NCBI GenBank assembly: GCA_035505995.1
Contig: DATJQF010000162.1
Span: 1-51,953, forward strand
Direction: 5' to 3'
From: Bacteroidales bacterium
GTDB lineage: Bacteria > Bacteroidota > Bacteroidia > Bacteroidales > FEN-979
Length of the DNA: 51,953 nt
Within the stretch, counting starts at the first letter, position 1; each line of letters starts with the position of its first letter. A program made the position numbers and the translations under genes. A model generated the notes under the pieces. That model was not told where the DNA came from, did not search any database, and was given only the letters and a program-made list of their open reading frames with translations. Of this stretch, positions 37,575 through 45,239 are shown in pieces.

Positions 37575-38918
37575 TCAATGGCCTGCCGCAACCTGGCTGA
37601 TGTTTTCTTCAGATTCCGAATTGCGGTACCGGACGACCAGCAGGGTGGCCGCCGAGCCCAGGGCCATGCTGACTCCCCCGATGATCATCGCGTTCATGGG
37701 ATTGTTCCCGAAAAGATATTCCACCGCCTTGCCCAGAAACGCGGAAGCCAGGATCTGGGGAAACACGATAAAAAGGTTGAACATCCCCATCATCACGCCG
37801 ATTTTTTCGGCCGGCAGTGCCGGGGTAAGCATCGCATAGGGCATCGACAGGATGCTGGCCCAGGCGATGCCGATGCAGGTCATGGAAAACAGGAGACCGT
37901 ATTGTCCGGTCATGAAAGCAATGGAAAACAAACCCAGCCCACCCACTCCCAGGCAGACCGCATGCATGATCCGGGGGCCGGTTTTCCGCGTCAACCGGAG
38001 GAGGACAAACGAGAATCCGAAGCAGACGGCATTATACAGGGCGAAGCAGAACCCCGCCCAGGCGCCCGATGCTTCCATCTGCACCGTTCCTTCCTGCGCG
38101 TGGAAAATATGGGTGGCAATAGCGGGAGAGAAATAGACCCAGAGGCAGAACATGCCGACCCAGGTGAAGAACTGGACCGTTCCCAGCTCCCACATCCGGC
38201 GGGGCAGGTGCCCTACGACCCGGAAGATATCTTTCAGGCCGAACGACCAGTCGAATTTCCGGGCGCGCAACAGTTTCAGATCCTCCTCCTCGGGAGGGAT
38301 CTCCTTCGTGGTGAACACGGTCCAGAGCACCGCTCCGAGAAAAGCAGCAGCCCCGATATAGAACGACAGGGTGACGGCAAACGGGATATGTCCTTTGCCC
38401 GCCCCTTCGGAAGCGATCCCGAACCAGTGGATCATCATCCAGGGCAGTGCGGAAGCGATGGTGCCGCCCAGGCCGATGAACAGCGACTGGATGGCAAATC
38501 CCCTGGAGCTCTGTTCGGCAGGCAGGTTATCGGCCACCAGGGCCCGGAAGGGCTGCATGCTGGCATTGATGGTCCCGTCGAGCACCCAGAGCAGGCCGGC
38601 TGCCATCCAGATGGAGGCCGAGTTCGGCATCAGGATCAGGGCGATGGAGGCCAGGATGGCTCCGCCCAGGATAAAGGGACGTCGGCGTCCCAGCCGGGTC
38701 CAGGTCCGGTCGCTGGCCTGGCCGATCAAAGGCTGGATCAGCACCCCGGTCACCGGGGCTGCCAGCCAGAGCAGCGCGATATCCCCGGCACGGGCTCCCA
38801 GGTAAGAGTAGATCGCGCTCATGTTGGCCATTTGCAGGCCCCACCCGAACTGGATCCCGAGGAACCCGAAGCTCATATTCCAGATCTGCCAGAAGGAAAG
38901 CGCAGGTTTGTTCTTCAT
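37575..38918 (-). CDS. MFS sugar:cation symporter, GPH/SLC45-like (paralog of 32802-34070)
   Basis: 12-TM profile. Signature IQPLIGQASDRTWTRLGRRRPF. Confidence 0.8.
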   Translation of the reverse strand: MKNKPALSFWQIWNMSFGFLGIQFGWGLQMANMSAIYSYLGARAGDIALLWLAAPVTGVLIQPLIGQASDRTWTRLGRRRPFILGGAILASIALILMPNSASIWMAAGLLWVLDGTINASMQPFRALVADNLPAEQSSRGFAIQSLFIGLGGTIASALPWMMIHWFGIASEGAGKGHIPFAVTLSFYIGAAAFLGAVLWTVFTTKEIPPEEEDLKLLRARKFDWSFGLKDIFRVVGHLPRRMWELGTVQFFTWVGMFCLWVYFSPAIATHIFHAQEGTVQMEASGAWAGFCFALYNAVCFGFSFVLLRLTRKTGPRIMHAVCLGVGGLGLFSIAFMTGQYGLLFSMTCIGIAWASILSMPYAMLTPALPAEKIGVMMGMFNLFIVFPQILASAFLGKAVEYLFGNNPMNAMIIGGVSMALGSAATLLVVRYRNSESEENISQVAAGH

Positions 38919-38948
38919 GTACGAGAATTCAATAAGTTACGGAAATGC

Positions 38949-38956
38949 CAAAATTA
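38949..38956 (-). promoter_or_regulatory. Candidate -7 box (TAATTTTG) for the MFS-malQ-GH13 operon
   Basis: The reverse complement of CAAAATTA matches TAnnTTTG, 31 nt upstream of the ATG at 38918. Confidence 0.45.
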
Positions 38957-38967
38957 GGGAAAAAACT

Positions 38968-38975
38968 TAATTTTG
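38968..38975 (+). promoter_or_regulatory. Candidate -7 box (TAATTTTG) for the small Pmp3/YqaE gene
   Basis: Matches TAnnTTTG, 36 nt upstream of the ATG at 39011. It is divergent from the box at 38949-38956. Confidence 0.4.
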
Positions 38976-39010
38976 AAGGGTAAACCTGAGTCCGGATAAA
39001 CAACGATCGT

Positions 39011-39166
39011 ATGGGTATCTTACGGGCAATCCTGTGTATCATTTTCCCTCCGCTGGCAGTCATTGACCGGGGCTGCGGAGCCATCCTGCTGGTGTTCCTG
39101 CTCACCCTGTGCGGCTGGATCCCCGGGGTGATCGCGGCCATCCTTTTCAACACCCGCTCAAATTAA
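39011..39166 (+). CDS. Pmp3/YqaE (UPF0057) family small hydrophobic stress protein, 51 aa (not in ORF track)
   Basis: Hand translation gives MGILRAILCIIFPPLAVIDRGCGAILLVFLLTLCGWIPGVIAAILFNTRSN. It has two TM helices and the family pattern IxxPPLAV...G...LLT(L)xGxIPGxI. Its 3' end overlaps the otsB 3' end by 9 nt (convergent). Confidence 0.75.
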   Translation: MGILRAILCIIFPPLAVIDRGCGAILLVFLLTLCGWIPGVIAAILFNTRSN

Positions 39167-39916
39167 CTCCTGAAGGAAAAGTATAAACTGCTCCTGGTGA
39201 GCCAGCCGGAATCTCGCACGGGTGGGCTGAAGGCCTATCTTGACCGAGCAGGCAGTATCCGGGAGAGCCTTGAACAGGTCTTCATCCGTTACATCGTCCC
39301 CGGCTGCCAGGATAAAATCAAACGGTTCCGACTGAAGGAGATCCCGTGCAATTTTTCCTTTGCTGAATACAGCCGGCTTGATCTCCACGATCTTATGCCC
39401 TTCCTGCTTTTCCAGACCCGGGTATTTTTCCCGGACCTGTTGAAAAGCTTTCCGGATGACGGGCAGGATATATTTCTCGATCCCGTATCCCGCCGCCCGG
39501 TAATGATAGGCGATAGACGACTCCTTTTCCTCGATAAAGGAGCCCGGGTAGCGGGCTGTGAGTTCCCCGAATACTTCCCGGATGTTTGTTTCCCATTTTT
39601 TATCCACAGGCTTGCTTTCCTTCCACGGATGGTCCGGCTTCTTTAGCAGGTATCCGTGTTCGGCGACCATTCCCAGGTTCATGCCGTTGAATTGGGTGTC
39701 AAGGAATTTCCGGTCCCTGCCGCTGATAATATAAACAGTATTGGAGGGATCCCCGGCCAGGCGGTTCAGGATCCCCCGGACCGGGCGTCCCAGGATGCTT
39801 TCCCCGGGAAGATCGCTGAATGGAACCAGCGTCCCGTCATAGTCCAGGAACAGGATCCTCCGGGAAGCCTCCCGGTAAGAGGAAAGGATCAGTGACCGGT
39901 CCGGTTTGGCAGCCAT
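39158..39916 (-). CDS. otsB: Trehalose-6-phosphate phosphatase (HAD-IIB)
   Basis: HAD motif I is FLDYDGTLVPF, motif II is IISGR, and motif IV is AAGDDVTDEDLF. 252 aa. Confidence 0.85.
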   Translation of the reverse strand: MAAKPDRSLILSSYREASRRILFLDYDGTLVPFSDLPGESILGRPVRGILNRLAGDPSNTVYIISGRDRKFLDTQFNGMNLGMVAEHGYLLKKPDHPWKESKPVDKKWETNIREVFGELTARYPGSFIEEKESSIAYHYRAAGYGIEKYILPVIRKAFQQVREKYPGLEKQEGHKIVEIKPAVFSKGKIARDLLQSEPFDFILAAGDDVTDEDLFKALPDTACSVKIGLQPTRARFRLAHQEQFILFLQELI

Positions 39917-39919
39917 TCT

Positions 39920-41674
39920 TTAATAGAAGAAAGGTTTGTCAATCCGTTTATAGATGCGGTAGACCGCGTTGATCAGACCGACGTGACTGTAAGTTTGAGG
40001 GAAATTCCCCCACTGTCCGCCTTCAAAATCCGCATCCTCGCTGAAAAGTCCCAGCGGGTTGGCATAGGAAACCAGCTGCTGGATCAGATCCTTTGCTTCT
40101 TCGATCCTCCCCGAACAGGCGAGCGCTTCGGCATACCAGAACGAGCAGACCAGGAAAGAAGTCCGGGGAATCCCCCGCTCATCATGCTTATACCGGAACA
40201 GGAGCCCGTCCGGGGTTTTCAGCTCCTCTTCCAGGGCTCTCAGGTGGATCTGGGCCTTCTCGGAATCAGGATCCAGGTAATGCATGGTGATCAGCTGGAG
40301 CTGACTGGCATCCAGTTCCCGGCTCCCGATGGCCTGCGTGTATACCTTCCGGTCAGGGTCATAGCACTGCTCAATGCGCGCCGACGCTTCCCCGGTCAGC
40401 ACCTGCGCCTTTTTCATCATCGCTTCATCCTGCAGCAGGGAGGCGATCTTAAATGCGGCCCGGCTGCCGGCCCAATGGAACATCAGGGTATAACAATGCA
40501 CCTGGAGGAGATGGCCGAACTCCCAGATCCCTGAATCGGGTTCATCGAGGGTGGCCGCGATCCGGTCGAGAAGCCACTTCACGAGGGTGATCGTGCGGGC
40601 CGGGTCATAATAATCGAGCCGCTTGTCGGCAAAGAGCGGGAGGAGGCTGATCAGCACCTGGCCATATACATCGTTCTGCACCTGGAGGATGGCGTCGTTG
40701 CCGATCCTGACCGGCTGGTTGTTCCGGTAACCCTGCAGATCGAGCACCCTGACCGGATCTACCTTTTCCCCGGCAATTTTATATAAAGGGTGGATTCTCT
40801 CTACCGACTGGAGGATAATGTTGTAAATGAAGTTGAAATATTTTTCGACCTCCTCAAAATGCCCGATGCTGTTGAATCCGTGCAGGGTATAGTAAGAATC
40901 CCTCATCCAGCAATACCGGTAGTCCCAGTTGCGTCCGCTGCCGTCGGCTTCCGGCAGGCTGGTGGTGCCCGATGCGATGATGCTCCCGGAATCCTCGAAC
41001 TGATGCAGCTTCAGTACCAACGCCGAGCGGATGATCTGCTCCTGAAAAAGATCGGGGATGGAGGTTGCCTTTATCCAGGACTGCCAGTAGGCCCGGGTCC
41101 GGTCCAGGAAATTCTCCGCGACACCCCGGATCGAATCTTCCAGGGCTTCTCCGTAAGTGAATACCAGGTAATGGGTATCGGTCAGGATCAATCCCTGATC
41201 GCCCAGGATATAGCTGACCGGGATATCCGTGGAAAGCCGTACCTGGGCGTCCAGGTTCAGGAAGCGGATATGATTGCTTCCCCGGACTGTCTGCGCCCGG
41301 ATGCGCCCGTAATCCCCTACCGGGTGGCACCGGATCCTGATCCGCGGGTTCCCGGAGATCCTCCGGATCTTCCGGATGAGCATCAGGGGCCTGAAATAAC
41401 GGTCATACTGGTAGAACCTCGGGGCAAAATCCGTGACGGAATAAATGCCTTCCTTGCTGTCGATTTCCGTGACGAGGATGTTGGTGTTTTTCAGGTAATG
41501 CTGGGAAGAAGTGAAGGCCCCTTCTGCCGGGAGGACGGAAAACTCCCCTCCTTTTTTTTCATCCAGGAGAGACCCGAAAATAAAACTGCTGTCGAACCGG
41601 GGAAGGCATAGCCACTTGATCCGGGTGGTCTGGTCGATATACCCTATATACGAGCAATTTCCAATGATTCCCAT
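39920..41674 (-). CDS. GH15 family glycoside hydrolase (glucoamylase/trehalase-like)
   Basis: GIIGNCSYIGYID...WLCLPRFDS and NWDYRYCWMRDSYYT are hallmark bacterial GH15 motifs. The track start is TTG at 41710. The ATG at 41674 is preferred because the candidate -7 box lies only about 10 nt from the TTG. Confidence 0.85.
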   Translation of the reverse strand: MGIIGNCSYIGYIDQTTRIKWLCLPRFDSSFIFGSLLDEKKGGEFSVLPAEGAFTSSQHYLKNTNILVTEIDSKEGIYSVTDFAPRFYQYDRYFRPLMLIRKIRRISGNPRIRIRCHPVGDYGRIRAQTVRGSNHIRFLNLDAQVRLSTDIPVSYILGDQGLILTDTHYLVFTYGEALEDSIRGVAENFLDRTRAYWQSWIKATSIPDLFQEQIIRSALVLKLHQFEDSGSIIASGTTSLPEADGSGRNWDYRYCWMRDSYYTLHGFNSIGHFEEVEKYFNFIYNIILQSVERIHPLYKIAGEKVDPVRVLDLQGYRNNQPVRIGNDAILQVQNDVYGQVLISLLPLFADKRLDYYDPARTITLVKWLLDRIAATLDEPDSGIWEFGHLLQVHCYTLMFHWAGSRAAFKIASLLQDEAMMKKAQVLTGEASARIEQCYDPDRKVYTQAIGSRELDASQLQLITMHYLDPDSEKAQIHLRALEEELKTPDGLLFRYKHDERGIPRTSFLVCSFWYAEALACSGRIEEAKDLIQQLVSYANPLGLFSEDADFEGGQWGNFPQTYSHVGLINAVYRIYKRIDKPFFY

Positions 41675-41719
41675 TGGATAAAGATGTCGTTGATCGTTCA
41701 CGGTTGGCAATTATATATT

Positions 41720-41727
41720 CAAATTTA
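41720..41727 (-). promoter_or_regulatory. Candidate -7 box (TAAATTTG) for the GH15-otsB operon
   Basis: The reverse complement of CAAATTTA matches TAnnTTTG, 46 nt upstream of the ATG at 41674. Confidence 0.4.
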
Positions 41728-41785
41728 CATCAATCTATGTGACATCGGGAAGAATTTATATTAATTTAGTCTATTTCCATTTCAA

Positions 41786-44011
41786 ATGAAGATCAACTAC
41801 ACATTGTTTTTCTCCATCATACTCGCCACCGGGATCGTGGCACTGGGGTTCACTTTTTTGCAGGTGGTAGCGGAAAGGAACCGCCTGCATGAGGAAGTCA
41901 TGAAGCGCTCCTCGCTGGTCTCGAAGGAATTTGCCTCGGAATGGCTGAAAGAACCGCAGGGGGAGAACCCTGGGAGGCTGGACACCCTTATGCAGATGCT
42001 TTCCAGAAAATACCGCCTGGCCGGTCTGGCCTGCTTCCACAACGTGGATCAACTGGTGTACTCCAACATGAGCCCGGACGAGGTGCTGGACCGGACAAGA
42101 AAAGATCTCCCGGCTTCGATCACTTCCGATTCTGTTTCCGGCCGGTTTTTTCATGCCGGAGGGAAAGATCTTTATCAGTTCATCCGCCCGGTCAGGGAAG
42201 GTGCCATCCCCAACCAGGCGGTCGTGGTTTACACGGAAACGGGGTATATCTGGGTATCCCTGCGGGATATCTGGATCCGGAATTTTTTACGCTGGATCTT
42301 CCAGGCTCTGCTGGTCTCCTTCATCACGGTTTGGATCGTACGCTGGAGTATTTTCACTCCCGTGAACCGGCTGGTAAACTGGATGAAATCGGTACGGGTC
42401 GGAAACGCGGACCCTCCCCAGCATAATTCTTCCTCCAAATTCCTGCAGCCCCTGCAAACAGAGGCCACCCGCCTGGCCACCGCGATCGTGGAAGCCCGGG
42501 CTACTGCGGAGGAGGAAGTCCGGCTCCGTGCCGACCGGGAATCCATCTGGACCCCGGCCCGCCTGAATGCCGAGGCAAAGCTGATCCTGAAGGAAAAAAA
42601 GCTGATCGTGGTATCCAACCGTGAGCCTTACCTGCATGTCCATGAAGGACGGGAGATCCGTTGCATCACCCCGGCCAGCGGGATGGTAACCGCCATGGAA
42701 CCGATCCTGAAAGCCTGCGGCGGACTCTGGATCGCCTCGGGCACGGGCGATGCCGACCGGGAAGTGGTGGATGCGCAGGACAGCATCAAGGTTCCGCCGG
42801 ATGACCCGAAATATACCCTGCGGAGAATCTGGCTCGGGAAGGAAGAAGAAGAGCATTTTTATTACGGCTTTTCGAATGAGGGACTGTGGCCTCTCTGCCA
42901 TGTAGCGCACACCCGGCCGGTCTTCCGCATGGAAGACTGGAACTATTACCAGGAGGTGAACCGCAAATACGCGGACTCGATCCTGGCGGAGATCCGGGAC
43001 GAAGAGCGGCCGTTCATCCTGGTGCAGGATTATCATTTCGCGTTGCTCCCCGCGATGATCAAGGAAGGTAAGCCGGACGCCCGGGTCTCCATATTCTGGC
43101 ACATCCCCTGGCCCAACCCGGAATCGTTCGGCATTTGCCCCTGGCAGAAGGAGATCCTGCTCGGGATGCTGGGAGCCGACCTGATCGGGTTCCATACGCA
43201 GTACCATTGCAATAATTTCCTTTCGACCGTGAACCGCACCCTGGAAGCGCGCGTGGCCTGGGAATCATTTTCCGTCATCATCGGCGAACATCGCACCCGG
43301 GTAAGTCCCTTCCCGATCAGCATTTCTTTCACGATGAAAGATTATTCCAGCCTTCCCGCCTATTCCCAGACGGTTCCCGGGCTGATGAAGAAGTATGGCC
43401 TGAACGCTTCCCTGATCGGGGTCGGGGTCGACCGGATCGATTACACCAAGGGGATCCTGGAGCGCTTTCATGCGGTGGAGCGTTTCTTTGAAAAATATCC
43501 TGCCTACCGTGAAAAATTCACGTTCGTTCAGATCGGCGCGCCCAGCCGGACCTTCATTAAAAATTACTCGGACCTGGTGGACGAGGTGGAAAAGGAAGCA
43601 GACCGGCTGAACCGGAAATTCCAGGTGCAGGGATGGAAGCCCATCCTGCTGCTGAATCAGCATCACAGCCATGAGGAGATCGAGCCGTTTTACAAAGCCG
43701 CCTCGCTCTGCATGGTCACCTCCCTGCATGACGGGATGAACCTGGTGGCAAAGGAATTCGTCGCTTCGCGGAGCAGCCGGGACGGCGTGTTGATCCTGAG
43801 CAGGTTCACCGGGGCCGCCCAGGAGCTGGAAGGATCGCTGATCATCAATCCCTATGACGTGGAGGAAATGGCGGATGCCATGAAGGGAGCCCTGGAAATG
43901 CCCGGGGAGGAACAGCGGATCCGCATGAACCAGATGCGTCAGACCATCCTCCGCCACAATGTTTATTCCTGGGCTGCCAGTATCCTGAAAGGCATGGAAG
44001 CAGTATCGTAG
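41786..44011 (+). CDS. otsA: Trehalose-6-phosphate synthase (GT20) fused to an N-terminal TM-sensor-TM-HAMP-like module
   Basis: The GT20 core runs from about aa 271 (LIVVSNREPY..., GGLW, FYYGFSNEGLWPLCH, VQDYHF, GVDRIDYTKG, DGMNLVAKEF). The N-terminal 270 aa comprise TM1 (aa 6-26), an extracytoplasmic domain of about 140 aa, TM2 (aa 166-188) and a HAMP-like segment (TPVNRLVNWMKSV...LQPLQTEATRLATAI). Confidence 0.88.
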   Translation: MKINYTLFFSIILATGIVALGFTFLQVVAERNRLHEEVMKRSSLVSKEFASEWLKEPQGENPGRLDTLMQMLSRKYRLAGLACFHNVDQLVYSNMSPDEVLDRTRKDLPASITSDSVSGRFFHAGGKDLYQFIRPVREGAIPNQAVVVYTETGYIWVSLRDIWIRNFLRWIFQALLVSFITVWIVRWSIFTPVNRLVNWMKSVRVGNADPPQHNSSSKFLQPLQTEATRLATAIVEARATAEEEVRLRADRESIWTPARLNAEAKLILKEKKLIVVSNREPYLHVHEGREIRCITPASGMVTAMEPILKACGGLWIASGTGDADREVVDAQDSIKVPPDDPKYTLRRIWLGKEEEEHFYYGFSNEGLWPLCHVAHTRPVFRMEDWNYYQEVNRKYADSILAEIRDEERPFILVQDYHFALLPAMIKEGKPDARVSIFWHIPWPNPESFGICPWQKEILLGMLGADLIGFHTQYHCNNFLSTVNRTLEARVAWESFSVIIGEHRTRVSPFPISISFTMKDYSSLPAYSQTVPGLMKKYGLNASLIGVGVDRIDYTKGILERFHAVERFFEKYPAYREKFTFVQIGAPSRTFIKNYSDLVDEVEKEADRLNRKFQVQGWKPILLLNQHHSHEEIEPFYKAASLCMVTSLHDGMNLVAKEFVASRSSRDGVLILSRFTGAAQELEGSLIINPYDVEEMADAMKGALEMPGEEQRIRMNQMRQTILRHNVYSWAASILKGMEAVS

Positions 44012-44059
44012 ATCCCGGAAAAGGCTCTGACGGGGTTTGACTTCCTAACGAAGGTTCCT

Positions 44060-44260
44060 TTAGTCGATCATGATCTTTTTCGTCAGCTCGCGGCCACGGG
44101 TCCTGACACTGATGAAATACACCCCGGGAGCTACCCCGGGAAGATCGACGGCTATCTTTTCCGCGGGGATGAAAGTGTGCAAAAGAAGCAGCTTCCTGAA
44201 AAAGTCTGCGCTGGAATTTCTCCGGTAAGGAGGAGTGAACCGGAGATCAGGATGGAGTAT
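44060..44260 (-). pseudogene. Orphan remnant of a T9SS C-terminal sorting domain
   Basis: The last 66 codons of track ORF 44060-44977 read ILHPDLRF...IAVDLPGVAPGVYFISVRTRGRELTKKIMID, which is a degenerate LYPNP...GVYF...KK CTD pattern. There is no in-frame Met and no upstream cargo domain. The rest of that ORF is antisense to the response regulator gene. Confidence 0.5.
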
Positions 44261-44404
44261 AAAAATTTTTAAATGGTCTTCAACTTTGGATCGGTACCCG
44301 GTTGAATTAAATCGCAAAATAATGAATGTATATGAAATATTTTTTATAAATTCGTCTTCGATCCCGACTAAATTATATAATAAAAAAAGTGTATCCAGGC
44401 CCTC

Positions 44405-45064
44405 ATGAACCGACCGCGTAAGATTGTAATAGTCGACGACCATCCGCTTTTCCGGGAAGGGATGAAGCTGCTGCTGGAGAAGGAGAAGATCGGGGAAGTG
44501 GTCGCGCAGGCCGAGAACGGGGCGGAATTCCTGAGCCTGCTGCCCTCCGTGGACCCGGACCTGGTGCTGATGGATATCGACATGCCGGTCATGAACGGTC
44601 TGGAGGCCACCCTGAAAGGCAGAAAGATGAAGCCCGGCCTGAAGATCCTGGTGATCACCATGGCGGACGGGATGGAACATTGCGCCGAAATGATCTCTGC
44701 CGGGGCGGTTGGTTTCGTGCATAAAACCGCGGATAAGAAAACCCTGAAAAAGGCTATCGAAACCATCGCGGCCGGGAATAACTACTATTCGATGGATATT
44801 TTGCGTACCCTGGCCAATACCCCGGAGGTGAGGGAACCGTCCATACAAAAAAGCACGGATCCGAACCTGGATCTGTCCGACCGGGAACTGGAAGTACTTA
44901 AATATTTCTGCCTGGGCCTTTCCGTATCGGAGATTGCCGATAAAATCTTCCGCAGCGTAAAAACCGTGGAAGCCCACCGCTCGCGTCTCCTGGAGAAGAC
45001 CAACACCAAGAACACGATCAACCTGGTGCTGTTCGCCATCAAGAATAAGCTGGTGAAGATCTGA
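44405..45064 (+). CDS. NarL/FixJ-family response regulator (REC + LuxR-type HTH)
   Basis: REC domain: IVIVDDHPLFREG, LVLMDIDMPVMNG, and HKT with the conserved Lys. HTH: LSDRELEVLKYFCLGLSVSEIADKIFRSVKTVEAHRSRLLEK. Confidence 0.92.
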   Translation: MNRPRKIVIVDDHPLFREGMKLLLEKEKIGEVVAQAENGAEFLSLLPSVDPDLVLMDIDMPVMNGLEATLKGRKMKPGLKILVITMADGMEHCAEMISAGAVGFVHKTADKKTLKKAIETIAAGNNYYSMDILRTLANTPEVREPSIQKSTDPNLDLSDRELEVLKYFCLGLSVSEIADKIFRSVKTVEAHRSRLLEKTNTKNTINLVLFAIKNKLVKI

Positions 45065-45080
45065 GCGGGTCCCCGACCCT

Positions 45081-45125
45081 GGTGTAAACCCTGAGGGAAC
45101 GGCATTCAGTATTAGGATTTACCCT
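45081..45125. repeat. Inverted pair of the 13-14 nt motif GKGTAAAYCCTGA
   Basis: GGTGTAAACCCTGA (45081-45094, +) and TTAGGATTTACCCT (45112-45125, whose reverse complement is AGGGTAAATCCTAA). GTAAACCCT and AGGATTTAC can pair 8/9. Related copies lie at 38977-38989 and 51637-51674. Confidence 0.7.
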
Positions 45126-45172
45126 ACCGGCTTTTAGCATTTATCCTGAATCCCCCCTACACGGTTTAAGGC

Positions 45173-45180
45173 TAATTTTG
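45173..45180 (+). promoter_or_regulatory. Candidate -7 box (TAATTTTG) for the second receiver gene
   Basis: Matches TAnnTTTG, 60 nt upstream of the ATG at 45240. Confidence 0.35.
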
Positions 45181-45239
45181 TCGTGTCAAGATAAGGCTGA
45201 CAAATGGATTGGCAGCAGCATTAACCAGATTGAACATTC

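Noticed and set aside
38929-39153. 74-aa minus-strand ORF between the MFS and otsB genes.
   Set aside because: It is the antisense shadow of the plus-strand 51-codon Pmp3/YqaE-like ORF (39011-39166), which has a family-typical sequence and its own -7 box.
41675-41710. N-terminal extensions from non-ATG track starts: TTG at 41710 (GH15), GTG at 10429 (carA), TTG at 17139 (hypothetical). Also upstream ATGs at 12686, 14222, 17925 and 21357.
   Set aside because: Downstream ATGs give canonical N-termini (CarA MPARLVLEDG; the GH15 IIGNCSY block) or proper signal peptides or lipoboxes. For GH15 the candidate -7 box would sit only about 10 nt from the TTG.
44060-44977. 305-aa minus-strand ORF taken as a complete gene.
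   Set aside because: Most of it is antisense to the clearly real NarL/FixJ response regulator (44405-45064). Only the last 200 nt or so look protein-like (T9SS CTD pattern), and these are kept as a pseudogene remnant.
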